Positions 1 to 13,170 of a DNA stretch of 64,000 nt are shown in pieces; positions within the stretch are counted from its first letter, which is position 1; each line of letters starts with the position of its first letter. The stretch is taken from positions 1,117,127 to 1,181,126 of the forward strand of contig NW_015164187.1 in the NCBI RefSeq assembly GCF_001447785.1, read 5' to 3'. The notes under the pieces were generated by a model, which searched no databases, was not told the DNA's origin, and worked only from the letters and a program-made list of their open reading frames with translations. The DNA comes from Gekko japonicus (lineage: Eukaryota). The translations under genes were made by a program, and so were the position numbers.

Positions 1-724
1 AGTTTCCAAGTGCAGATTCCTAGCTTCAGAGCCAGCCCAAATACAGAAGCAGAGACTTGCTGGCAGAGCAGCAACAGCCAATAGAACACACATTCACAAA
101 CCAGGACTCTGACTCCTACTGTCCCCACAGCACAGAAGAGGATAGAATAGTAATCTCTTTCTCATCTATGAGAATTTTCTTTTCTCATGTATATGCTGCT
201 ATAATCCACCTTTGCACCAAATAATATCATGGTTAATTAGGAGAACTGATTCTACTAGGCTAGTATTTCAATAAAACAAAGAAATTGAAAGAAGCTGAAC
301 ATGAGTTAAGAATTCCACCTTTCCCATCACCATCTCCATACCAGGAAAAGCATTACTTGCTTAATTTCTTCAAGTTGGGTTGTTAAAGGCATAGAAACAA
401 TGTCAGTAAACAGAGGAAAATGGCAAAATGGCATTTGAAAACCTAATTCAAACATTGGAGGACCTTACAATTCTTAATCATTTCAAGAAGTAATATGCAT
501 ATCCATCCATCCTTATATATGAGCCAAGCAGAACCACCAACCTGCTTCTCCTCCTGCATCTTCCATTAACAGATAAAACAGATGCATAACATAAGCCTAT
601 CGTGCTGGAGAGCAGGCATTGGAAGATGTCAAGTAACAGTATATACCCCACTGTCGTTAACTTCCCATTACTAAATGCCTTAGGATGATGGTATGAAAGC
701 AGCCACCGGACTTTTAAAGTAGTG

Positions 725-988
725 CCTTGGATCCACTGGAGCATTTCCATGTACACAATCACTTCAGTCCACAGAGCACAAGCTTCTTTCCTCCCCCTTG
801 CTATAGCAGCCTCAGAAGCCTCCCCCCCCCCCCCCCGGAAGCCCCCCCCCCCCCCCGCTGCTCTTAGGCTTTTGTCTCCAAGGAGCTTGCTGGGGACGGG
901 GGAATTTTGGACCGTAGCAGAAGGTGAGAAAGTTGCACTCCACAGGCAGAAATTACTCTGTCCACAGAAATGCTCTGGTGGATCCAAG
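725..988. mobile_element. Non-autonomous DNA transposon (MITE) with terminal inverted repeats and internal poly-C tracts
   Basis: CTTGGATCCACTGGAGCATTTC at about 726 is inverted relative to GAAATGCTCTGGTGGATCCAAG at 967-988. A similar TTGGATCCA-ended element lies at about 9685-9855. Confidence 0.55.
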
Positions 989-1164
989 CCAACATGTAAT
1001 TAAGTACTCATCCTTGAGTTGCAATCCTGAACAAATTAACTTGGAAATAATGCCTACTGAATTGCTTAGGAGTAAATATGATTCGGATTGGACTATAAGT
1101 CTTATGGTCCTAATCATTGTAGTCCAACCTGGCTGTAATCATTTTAAGTCAGACTAACACTATC

Positions 1165-1315
1165 TTGGATAGTGTTAGATTGGATGGGAGACCTCTAAGG
1201 AATACTAGGGTTGCTACACAGAGGCAGGCAATGGGCAAACCACCTCTGAACGTCTCTTGCCTTGAAAACCCTACAGCGTCACCATAAGTCTGCTGTGACT
1301 TGATGGCACTTTCTA
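1165..1315 (+). mobile_element. 5'-truncated 5S rRNA-derived SINE with RTE-like 3' tail
   Basis: TTGGATGGGAGACC (5S box C region) followed by the GGCAATGG..CAAACCACCTCTGAA..CCATAAGTC tail shared with copies at 10980, 52460 and 54313. Confidence 0.65.
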
Positions 1316-1319
1316 TCAC

Positions 1320-1605
1320 CACAGATCAAATCAAGCCTGAACTCTCCCTAGAAGCTAAAATGACAAAACTGAAGCTATCATACTTTGGTCACATTATGAG
1401 AAGACAAGAGTCACTAGAAAAGACAATAATGCTAGAGAAAGTTGAAGGCAGCAGGAAAAGAGGAAGATCCAACATGAAATGGATTGACTCAATCAAGGAA
1501 GGCAGAGCCCTCAATTTGCAAGACTGTCAATGACAGGACGTTTTGGAGGCCATTAATTCATAGGGTCTCCATAGGTTGGAAACAACTTGACAGCACTTAC
1601 ACACA
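1320..1605 (+). mobile_element. RTE/Bov-B-type LINE 3' fragment
   Basis: Translation LKLSYFGHIMRRQESLEKTIMLEKVEGSRKRGRSNMKWIDSIKE is the typical C-terminus of RTE-clade ORFs. Confidence 0.85.
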
Positions 1606-4600
1606 TAATTTGAAGACATTCTTAACAAGTGCAAATTCAAAGCTATAGAAAAGTGGAAGTAAATAACAGCTCATATCAGCTTGAAGGTGGCATACAAAAA
1701 ATCTTTCCTGAAAAATTCGTTGGAAGTACAACCTTACTGCTTAGAGACCACAACCTCCTTTACAGCAACCCATCTAGAGCACTGGCCCAAATTTTTCCAA
1801 CTTGCAGGCACCTTTGGAATTCTGACACAGGGTGGTTGGCACAACCACAAAATGGCTGCCACAAGAGACGAAGCCAACCACAAAATATAAGGCACTTGAG
1901 CTTACGCATATCTCTGATAGTAGGTCATCAGCATTTCAGACAGAAGTTCTGTTTAATAGGATGCCTTTCAAAATTAACATATTGTTTAAAAATACTTAAG
2001 AGTGCTGCGGCAACAAGCACCAGAAAAACTACATACCACCTCAAAGTATTTTTAGCGCCTTCCAAAATGCAAGATTTAAAGATTTATAAGGGAAAGGAAA
2101 ACACTGAATTTAGATTTTATAAACCATGAGTACCAAACCTGCAGTTTAGGCATCACAAGTGACAGAAGTATTTTGCATACCTGAATAGAAGTTGTCTTCA
2201 GCACAGCCAGAACTACAATTCTGCTAGGCACCTTTAATGCTGATGAACTGGTACCTGTTCCTCTCATTGGGCAGACATAAAACCATGTCGTGGTACACAC
2301 ACTCTAGTGCATACTTGAGCAGTACACCCATTATTTAAGCTTTACTTTACAGCACATTACCCACAAATCTAGGCTCAACATTTCCTTCCACCTACATTAT
2401 TCACCATCAATTTCAGCACACACATAATACATACATTCCATCATCTATTAAAATGTGCTTTGGGTATCCTCACCATCAATATGGAAACTTCTACCCAGTC
2501 TTCAGTCTAGTTAGTTGTTTAGGTGGTCACTTATGCATCTTGCTATTAATGTAATTTACTTCCAAAATAATAAATTCACCTTTTTTAGGTCTTTATACCA
2601 CTAAACATCACACACACACTATTTCATACAATATTATTTACCCTTGGGCTGACTGGCAATTAAACTCATTCCGGAACAGTTATAATGACTTGATACCAGG
2701 ATACTGTGTAAAGAGAATGTGTTTTTAAAGTTACTTTTGCTGGGACACTTAATTTAGCAGAGTAGGAAGAAGGGTTCACAAACCTGCTCTAGAGGCTGAA
2801 GACTATGTTAAAGTGCACAACTCAGATATATAAGATGAAAGCTGCTTTTAAGGGATATTAGGATTTTTCATAGAGCTCATTTCTCTTTTTAATACAGTTT
2901 GGAACGTATCTTATAAAGTCACAACAGCTTATGATTGCTTGCTGGTATTACACAAGTTCTCTCCTGATTCAGAGAATCCACATTTTTATTCAGCTTTTGA
3001 ACCTGCCCAAGTCATTTTGTTATCGAATAGTTTGCCTCAGGACTGTTCTAAGCCTAACTTAAGAACTAGCCCTTTAATAAAAGGTAAAGCTTTGAGGGTG
3101 TGTGAAAACAATTAAAATGATATTTAGCTTTTTATTCACTGTTCAAACTTCTCACATGAGACTTCTTGCAAGAATTATTTGACTCTAACACTATGTAAAG
3201 AGTGGGAAAAACTCCACTCCTATGCTTTTGGCAATATTTTAGTTGAAATAGGATTAATTCTGTATCCCCGTTTGAGTTCTGTAGACTGGAGTGTTGGTGC
3301 CAAACCTGGCCTGGCCATTTCCAATCTGGACCTGGAGGGTGCATGTTCTCCAGCTCAGGGTCCTCTGGAGGTCAGTGGCTGGAGCCCGGGGCTTGAACTG
3401 TACCAGACAGATCCTAAAATGCATACAGAGTACTGCACCATTCATTAGGCAAAGGAAGACTGCCAGTCCTAGTATTTATACCAGCTGTAACCAATCCAGA
3501 GGATTCATGGTACCTACCATTCACAGGAGCTAATGTGACACACACACCAAATATATTTCTGCACCCACAGAAAACAGATGAGACCAAATACACACTGCCC
3601 ACAATTGCTTCAAACTGTGGACTCACTTTCAGGATTTATTTTCCCCACATGCTATATCAAACAGCTCTCACCCAGTTACCATATTCTACATGTAAGTTTC
3701 AGAATCCATATATAAACTGCAAAGTAACCCAGCATTTGTTCACCCCCTACAGGACTGCTACATAGATCAGATAAGGGTGATAAAACACTTCAGATCCTTC
3801 CTTACCAAGAATAAATTCTTCTTAACTGGTTCTCCACAACTGATGCTTTAAAACATAGTTCTTTTTAAGAGGTGTACTTTTTTTCTTTCAATACTGAATT
3901 CTTAGTTTTGATATTTTCCCCATTTCTTTGATATAATTTGAGAAAGAATAGCCAGAGCTTTTTTAAAAGTATGGCTACCCATGAATTCATTTTGTGCTGG
4001 TATTTATTCTTGCTGTTTTTTAATCAGTGAGCAGACAGTAGTTGCAAATTGCTTCTTGAGCTATTCAGCACCTGTACACACACACAAATTACTTACTTTG
4101 CATTTTTAATCTGAAGTTTCAGTCGCTATTTGTTTTTTGGTCAGGATATCTTTCGTTTTCTCCCTTTTAATTTTAATCTAATGTTTTCATAACTTCAGGT
4201 TTTTCCCTTTTTTTGTTAACTTTTGTATTCTATTTTTTCTTAATTTAAGACTGCATGGCCATATGAAATTTAATTTTATTACCTTGCTTGCTATTTTGAT
4301 GTCCCTTTCACAGTATTGTTTTTATTTTAGGCTGCTTCCATTTTGTGTTTCATATCCATTTTCCAGAAGTGAGAAGTCAGAAAAGACTATCAAAACTCTA
4401 ACATAATACATATGTATTCAATGTTCAGTGCAATGAGATGCAATCTAAACAGTGAGTGAACTTACTGAAAGACTAGCACAGTGAAACCTCTCAAAGATCA
4501 ATACATGTAGATCAAATTCTTCGATCTAGATGCACAGAATATAGATAACTCTGTTTGGTGAACCCACACTAAGCTGTGAACCTATCAAGATACTTGAACA

Positions 4601-7600
4601 GTTCTTCGTTCCATAAAAAGTGGAAGGGAAGTTTTGTTAAATTAAGTAAACATGTAGTTGCTGGACTTAGATGTGAAGTTATCATTAGAGAAAGATGTTA
4701 TCTAGGCCGCTTCAGAACACTGAATGAAAATCTCACCCAAATTACACTCTACCATCCTTTCATATTCAGGTAACTTGGAGTCTGTTAATGTTTAAAATCC
4801 TAACCTGCCTTAGAAATCTGCAGTAGCCTTTGGAAGTAGAGTCCTAAATGATGTATCTTCAGTCTCTTTTCATTTCACAAAAGACTAGACCCATGATACA
4901 CCTACTTCACATAGTATTCCAGAGGATACCAAGTATATCATGCCCAACATAATTACACCTTTTAAGTGTAAGCTCTTAACAAAACTCTGTGGTACAGAAC
5001 ATTTACTGTACAGTATGGTGTATCAATATGGGAGAAAAACTTACTGGGTCCAGTACCGTCTCTTGACTTCAGTATCAGATTGCTCCAGATGCTGACATCT
5101 GTTAAATATGCTGGCCACTATCATACTTTCCAGTTTTATGCAGTCCAAAACCAACTCTTAATAGTTTCCATTGATTTTTCCAAATATTTTTAATACTTCA
5201 AGCTATTATGTATACTAGTTGTGAACTTGTGAAGTATTTCCTGTTGTTGTAAGCTTGAATGTTAAGATGGAACTAGCCTATATGAAGCAGAACTGCTGCT
5301 TACCATGGTTTTATACATAGTTCGTTTCTCTTTACATGGAAGGGTTTTGGTCCATGATAGGTTCCTTTCCATTCTTTGCTTCTCATACGTTTGAGGGGAG
5401 CTGGCTGGAATGCAATGCAAGTCTTACATTGTGAGACTCATGGTAATACCTATTTATTATTTGTTAAAATATTTACTCAATACCTTTCAATAGGGATAGT
5501 TCACAAGGCTGCTAACAAAATAGTAAATATTTAACATCCAACAAATATTAAAACCCAACATCACAAAGCACAAAGACAAAAGCAATAACTCAGCCAAATG
5601 AACTAGAAGTAGCATAAGTAACCAATAAAAACTAGTCAGGACCACTTTAAAAAGGAATTTTTACCTGGCACAGGAATGTCAATGAAGGGGCAAGACAAAT
5701 CTTTCTGGAGATTTTGTCACTATTGCTGAGAAGGCCCTTTCATTGCCTCCTATCAAATATCCAAGGATGCCAGTATATAGAAAAGACCTCCTCTGAAGAT
5801 TATTTCAATGTACCCATCAGTTCATTTGGGAATAAATGGTCCCTTCTGGGTACACATCTAGAAACACTATTTTAAATATGAAAGCTTACATTTGCTTTCA
5901 TTTATTGTTTCCTACTTTGATTGCTGCAATTATGTACATTTCCCCTCAAATTCTATCTGCAATAATTCCATATTTGTGAAATAGTAGCAACTAATTTTCA
6001 TTACATTATGCAAGTATAGAGCACTACTAATTAACTCTATACTTTCATTGCATTTCACCACTACACTCTTCTGCAGATTTAAATTCTCCTCCTCTGAATG
6101 GTTACAGGGTACCTATACTTATTTTGTTCCATTTTGATTGTATTCTGCTGTAGTTTCTCTCAATATGTTTACTCTGCCTTTCAAATATTAAATATTCCTA
6201 ATATTCCTAATATTCCTTGAGAAGAGAGTGCTCCCAAATATTAGCAGCATCAGACGCTATCAAGCAAACTGGTAAATTTACAACAGTGGAAAAATGAACA
6301 CACACTTGGGCCCAATTCCAAAATACAATAAACTGAGGCCATCAGAAGAAGAGGAAGCAGCCAAATGATCTTCCATTGTGCCTGAATGCAGCTTCAGTTC
6401 AGGGCTGTTACAGTTTTCTGCTTCCAAGTCCATTGCTGAGGCAATAAGAGGGAGGAAAGGAACCTGCCAGGATGCAGATGAAGAAGCCAAACCCTCCACC
6501 AAAGACAGAATAACTGGCTGCCAAATGGCAACTTGGCCCCCTATCTCTGAAAGGAGAGGTATTTTTACCCATTGCCACCACACCCAGAATGGAACTAATC
6601 ACTGTTGTAAGACCACCTTGAGGACTAGGAGCATAAGATACGAACATCTGTCCACCAGCTTTGTGTGGTGCTAATTTAGTATTCTTTTAAAAAGTAAACT
6701 TTGTAAGCCACCTTGAGGATCATATACGGTGAAAAGGCAGGAGGAAAAAACAAAAAAAAACCTTCTGAAACAGCAAGTAGAATAACTACTATTGGTTAGC
6801 TTTTGAAAAATCTGGTCTTGTATTAGCCTTTTCTCGATAGTATGGGGGAAAGTTACACTAGTAATTAATACACAACTAGGATAAGTAGTTCAGCTAGGTA
6901 TTCCTTCATAGCTTTGGGTTGAGCATAACCTAGTCCTGGTAGATTACTGGTATATAAACAAATGGTTCGAAGCCCCTCCCCCCACCATCCCCCTCCTAAA
7001 CAATTTCTGGCTAACACAGCAGCATATATTTAGATTCCTGGCAATTCAGTTTTACCTTTTGTGATCTTTTAGTATGGGCTTCTAAAAACTGCTGCTTTAA
7101 AGCTACTTAAAATTAAATTGGCAGAAGTTCATTTCACATAATAGCTTCTAATACTGCTGACATTTTGGGCCTGCTCTCTCCTAATATGAAATGTTAGGAG
7201 TGTGCACTGTTTAAAGAACTGTAAACACACATGTTGGAACTTTCCCACAGTTCAGCAAGAAACATGCATGTTTAAGCAGACTCTCTGTGCTTGCAACAAG
7301 ATGAATATATGCACTGAAGTGCACATCCAGATCTAGGTAAGTTCCTACTCATGCTGCAATAAAGATGAGTATTTGCAATCTCACCCACTCTTGAGCTACC
7401 AGCCACACAGAATCTTGTATTATATCTGGTTTGGAACCACTCTTTTTCCATTTTCTGTTATTTGTGTTTTTGCATTGTTACTTCAGTGTTTGACACAATA
7501 TACTGTTTCATGCTTTACGCATTGTATGAGAATTACACTAACCTCCTATTCTCTTGTGTGGCGCTGCCAAGGGAATTTTACCCAGCGCCAGGCTTTTCAG

Positions 7601-10600
7601 AAGTGAATCTCTCACACAAATATCCATACACAACACAGCACATTAACAGACCTAGCTCAAATTCCAGTTTTATTATTAAGGAATATGCAATAGCTTTCCA
7701 TATGGGAAAATGGGTAGAGACTGCTCCAAGTGTGAAACCAAGTCTCAATTACAGAGGCACATTAGTTGACAATCCATGCATATTCACAATTTCCCATATT
7801 ACAATTCAAAGTCCAATTACAAACTATCCTCCTTTGAAGTGGAGAATGACTATTGCTCATTATGTTTAACTGTAATAATCCTGCAACTGCTCTTAAGACA
7901 CTTTGAAAAGGGCCTGGAATTATTTCAACTGGCTCTTGGGTTTGGCATTCACAGAACTTTATGTAGCTAATGTTCTTAACTCTAAACAGGTTTATTTGCT
8001 TGCTCACCATTTATAATTCCATCATCCCTGGTCTGATACAACAGTCTCCTAGCCAAGACTTTTCATGAAGTGGGGCATAGTGACACTCTTTTACTCCAAC
8101 AATGTAGAATGAAGCCACTGAAGATTACAAAATTTAATATTGTAATGTTGTCAGCAATAGCATCAGACCACCAGCAATGATCATAAGGGTATCTCTGTTC
8201 TGCAGTTATGACAACCAAACACTTAAGACTAAAGTGCTTTTGTGCTATGAAAAGAGACTAAACATAACATGGCAGTGCAGTTCTAGTGTCATCCATTACA
8301 GTTCTAGTGTCATCCATTACATCAACTCTGAAGGAAAAATGTGTCATTTGCGCAACTCTACTACCATACTCAAGTAGTAGTACTGACCACTTTTACATTT
8401 TGCATTTATTGTTGCAACCATACTGCAGGAAAGATTTAGGGGATGCTGGACTACACAGCACTATTTATTCCTGATCCATAATCAAAGCAGCACCATTGCT
8501 TGTAGAAATTCCTAGTAATAAGGAGACTAGACTGTTCCTTTAATCCAGAATTATTACTTTATACACAGATTAGAAGGGAAATTATATAAAAGACTCAAAT
8601 GGGTGGTTTTGTGTAACTACTGACACTGAGAGGACTACCGGTGCAATTCATCAATTCAAGCACCTCTACCTACCTTGATCCAATTTATATGCAACAGCCT
8701 CCTTTGTGTGAGATGTTAAGGTCACAGCCATATAGCCACTACCACCAATGGAGAAAATCCAACCAAAAGCCCTGTACATGGGCAGATGAAACTTGCACTG
8801 AAATCGAGCCACGTATACTTGAGCATGCATTTTCCTGCATGAAGTTTTGTGTGGGCATAATTTCCTCATATCACCCACCACATTCTCTCACAATAGTGTA
8901 GTACTTTAAAATAATTACCTTTCTCCTTTCTTGCAAGTTGATCACTGAAAGAATTAGGGCTGGCTTGTAACTCAACAGTTTCTAAGTAACTGCAATTTCA
9001 TTTTCCCCAAGATAAAATGTCAGGTAGGAAGTCACCCAGGCTAAATGTTACATTATGGTGTATGCCAGCATTTTACATGCAATTCTAAAAGAGCAAAAAT
9101 TTTGAATTTATAATGGGATCAATGAAGTGAAAAACGTGTTTGCCAACACAATGTGAAGCAACTCTGACAATTGCCCGTGTCACCTGTTCTATATCTCTGC
9201 AAGGCTATCACCAAAACTAATACTAACCATGCAGTTTGTGAATGCAAATATTCTGCAGAAACCAACACACTATACCATGTCAGTATTCATGAAATCTTCA
9301 GTTTCCATTTGTGAAGAGAAGACTTAATCCGCATATCCTCTTCCCTTAGTTGTGAAGAAAATAACTGTAAAATCCAGAGATCTTGCCAGCCTCCTCCAGC
9401 AGAAAAAGAAGCCAAGAACCAGTTTGTATGATTGTTTATTTTCCACAATTCCCCCTGCATGTGTACCATCCTTTAGCAGTATTTTCTTCCCAGAAACATC
9501 TCTACACTGCAAATACTAGGTCATTTTGTAGTAAAGAACACACTTTTTGTGGTGTACAGGTGTCTTAAATGTACCAAAAGAAAATCTGGTATCTTCACTC
9601 ACCTGTAAGTGAAGGTTTGACTGATGAATACCAACAGCTAACATTTTAATTGCTGTTCTTCTAAACAGTTAGAAACATCATTAGTTTGGATCCAAAGACA
9701 CACAGAGAGCTTCCATTCAGTACGGGAGAAATAACCCACTCTGACATACAATGGAAGCCCTTACCTCCCCTTCAGGAGGGATTGGGGGCAGGGGGAAGAA
9801 CTCAGAAAATACTACCAGTGTGAGCAGAAGCACCCTAATTTCTCTGGATCCAAACCATAAACAATTGTCCAGCTTGCTGTCAACTCTTTGTTGCCATGAT
9901 TTCCTTGAAAGTGCTGCTCACTAACACCTCACTGATGAGTGTGTTTTTAAAACAAAGAAATGCATAGTTTACATCACTGCTATTAGTAGTAATTTCAGTA
10001 AGTCCCTCAGAAGCATCAATACTTCAAACACTTCTAGATCACTTCTGTTTGTCTGACTTCAGTCTAGTAATGTATATAGAAGCTACCATTATTTAGAACA
10101 AGCATTTTGTGCTCTTCTATGTCTATTTTCAAGGATAACATTCTGCTGGTTGTCTTCTGCTATTAACAGAAATTGTGTGAGCACATAATTTTGTAACTGT
10201 GGTAAGAAAGATTGTGTACAATCAACCAATACAGATTTGCAGTAAGGATAAGTAAAAAGTGAATTTGTCAGGGGTATCCAATGTTCTCATATTCAAGTTA
10301 AGCAGGCATGACCCTGGCCATTCATATGTAGTTACCTAGGAGGAGGAAGATGCAGGAAAATTACGAGCCAGCCCTGCATAACACTGTAAGTAAGATATTA
10401 TAAAGCCCAAGGCACTAGCTCTAAAACTATAGCACCCCGCAGACAAATTTAGGTTAGGGTTTTTATAATCCTGCATTAATGTGATGACACTAAGTATGAG
10501 ATTTCTCTGCCTAAAATAATTTTCAGGATACATTCCCCACTGCTTTGGAAGGAAAACTGAATGATTTCTTGCATTACATGCTCATTGGAGTAAAAAAGGA

Positions 10601-10979
10601 AGAATATTTTTCTTCACTTTTTGTCTAATATGCTTTTTTGCCACAGAATGTGATAATTTGCTCTAACTTCCAGGATTACGATATTATAGAAAGCAAAAAG
10701 AGGGTCACTGTGATAAGAAATGCTTATTTCTGCTAACACAGTTGTGTAAGAAAACCCCATATTCCTAATTCCTAATTCATTTCAAAATGTTCTCTTTTCC
10801 TAAGGATATGCATTTTTATAACTGAGTTAAGTCAATTGGCTCTGGTCACTGAATAACAATAACCAGAAATCACTCTTTATGAGTATTCTCAGGGCAGTTA
10901 AAATTTGCTCTAGTTTCTCTGCTAGTCACAACACTGAAGGTGGTTTCAGAAGACATGAACTGCTTTAACAATACTAAAC

Positions 10980-11155
10980 CCAAGCTAGCTCAATCTCATT
11001 AGATCTTGTAAGCTAAGCAGGGTTAGTCCTCGGAAGTATTTGGATGGGAGACCTCGAAGGAATACCAGGATCATGATACAGAGGCAAGCAATGGCAAACC
11101 ACCTCTGAATGTCTCTTGCCTTGAAAAGCCTATGGGGTCTCCATAAGTTAGTTGC
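10980..11155 (+). mobile_element. 5S rRNA-derived SINE (SINE3-type head, RTE-like tail)
   Basis: AGATCTTGTAAGCTAAGCAGGG...GTATTTGGATGGGAGACC...GGAATACCAGG aligns to the 5S rRNA internal control region (box A, box C), then continues into non-5S tail sequence. Confidence 0.75.
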
Positions 11156-11340
11156 TAATACTCCCTCTAAAGCTGTGGAATCTTGTGAGCAAAAATTCTA
11201 CTTTGTGAGCTACTGGCATTAAAGTTGCGAGCAAGCAATTTGGCTACTGCATGAATTAGTTTGCTCTGGAGCCATCCTTCCTGCGCTAAGACAAAAATCT
11301 ATGCGCTAGCTCACACTAACTCAGCTTAGAGGGAACACTG
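11156..11340. mobile_element. hAT-type MITE
   Basis: Ends CTCCCTCTAA...CTTAGAGGGAACACTG. Close copy at 54054-54258, which has an 8-bp TSD. Confidence 0.7.
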
Positions 11341-13164
11341 ACAGCAAGAAAAAATACTAAGGAAGAGATAAACGTCTGGTAATTGTTGTTGAGTTTATTT
11401 TCATTATTATAATTTCAAAATAAGTCAGGAATAAAAAAGTCTACCTAGTTCTCTTATTTTGTGAGGGAAATGCTTATCCTACAGATATGATCAAAATGCT
11501 TGTTAGAAACTAGACAGCTGTTAATCTAAGCAATTGTAAGATGTAAACTGCAAATCAATATTCAGCCGAACACGTAGTCGAAAGTTTCACCTACCTTACA
11601 AGAGTAGTTAATACATAAACAACCTTTGATTAATGGGAAAACTTCTGGTTAACTACAACTGAATAGTTGTTAGCACCTAAAATCTAGGGGAATGGGCTAC
11701 ATTGTTCCTTTGTCTAAAGAGGTTGAGTCTTAAGTTATAAAATTCCAAGTCTGGTTGCATCCTAGTCATCAGTTTTTTGCAAAGAAATCGAGTATAATAT
11801 AGTTAATGTACTACTTTGTTTGCAAATAGGGAACTTTCATACACACACACCCCTGATGTGACAGAGCAGTGAATCTGGACCAGAAAGTTAAAGGTTTAGA
11901 TCTCCACTCAGCCATTAAGTACATCCTTGAACAGTTGCTCACTCTCCTAACCTACCTCATGAAGGTAACTGAGATGCACTCTCCCTAAGCTTTTTGTATA
12001 CCAACACAATAAATGAAATGCCGTATCTGTATGTATGCCACAATTCCTCACAAATGCAAAAACCCCAGTGTATTAATTGGACTCAAGTTCTCAAGTATCT
12101 CAGTTATCATCTAAAGTTCTACGTCTGATGATTAGAGGTATGCTTGTGTGGACAATGCCAAATGAAGGCAGACAGAAATCTTATTTAACCACACCACTGA
12201 CCAGATGGAACTGCAGTGTCTCAAATAGCTCCTTTTCTCTCCGTATCTCAACCACTGGCAGAAGCACAACTGTTCAAACTAAGGAGCCTAACAAATTGTT
12301 GCCACTCCTCAAAAACTCTTTCTAGGCTGCCAAATGAGAGACTAGGAGGCACCTCTTAGAAGAGACTCCATTTGCCCCATAGGTTTCTAGTTGCTGGCTT
12401 TCAGTATCCAACATATACTACAACCACTTAACGGCAAATTGCTAAGGCATTTAATTTTTTAAAAAGTAAAGCAATCCAATAATAGACCGCAACCAACTTA
12501 TTTGCATTCCAATGCACATCTGAATGAACATCAGGTTTACACATGTAGTTCTGGACGCAACAACGCATACGTAACACTGACTACTTATGTGCCAGAACCT
12601 TCCTTTGCTAGATCAAGGCAACTGAATGGGAGCTTTATTATCTAATGCAGTATTCTTTAAAAAGCAAGAAATCTTGGGTTTTAGCATGTTTAGTAATATA
12701 AAGTGTTAAGTGAAATGATTTAACAATGGATACCAACTTAAAAGCCAATATTTCATGACAAGGGAAGTCTGTAAGAAATCTTTAAACTTCCCTATAAAGA
12801 CAAAGATAACTTACAAAGAACATACTGTAATAAACTCAGAACGGTCACCCAAAAGCCACTAATTTGTTTTAATAATTCCAACTTTTCTTCCCTTGTTTAC
12901 TTTTATGCCTGAACTCCTTCTAAGACTTCCCACAAAGTTCCAGCTCTTACTTCCAATTCCCCCCTCAAAACCTAATTTGCATGTGTTTAATCTTCATCTC
13001 CAAATGAAACAAAGTCTAAGAATTTGTAACTACATCTGTAACATACCCATATCTTTGCTCCGCTCCAAAATGTTGAACTTTAGACTGTGAGCTCCTCAGG
13101 GTAGTTTTAGTAAAGCATCACATACACTGAGCAAATAATAGTGGAAAAAAGCAGCAGCAGGGTT

Positions 13165-13170
13165 TTTATT
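13165..13170 (-). terminator. RBM12: Candidate distal poly(A) signal of RBM12
   Basis: Minus strand reads GTGTACAATAAAAACCCTGCTGCTGCTTTTTT: a UGUA element, then AATAAA, then a U-rich downstream stretch. This would give a 3'UTR of about 3.3 kb. Confidence 0.45.

Noticed and set aside
478-1003. Poly-Gly and poly-Pro ORFs on both strands
   Set aside because: Produced by poly-C tracts inside a MITE; no splice or homology support.
6278-6674. Overlapping ORFs of about 100 aa
   Set aside because: No recognisable domain or exon boundaries; compatible with chance.
8278-8321. 21-bp tandem duplication
   Set aside because: Ordinary local slippage with no functional cue.
10980-11080. 5S rRNA genes (also at about 1180, 34500, 52480 and 54330)
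   Set aside because: They lack the 5S 5' end and terminator, are diverged, and are mostly fused to a SINE tail; one has a TSD. These are SINEs.
1-13000. CPNE1 coding exons
   Set aside because: No copine C2 or vWA peptide recognised by eye on the minus strand. They are expected further left, though small exons could have been missed.
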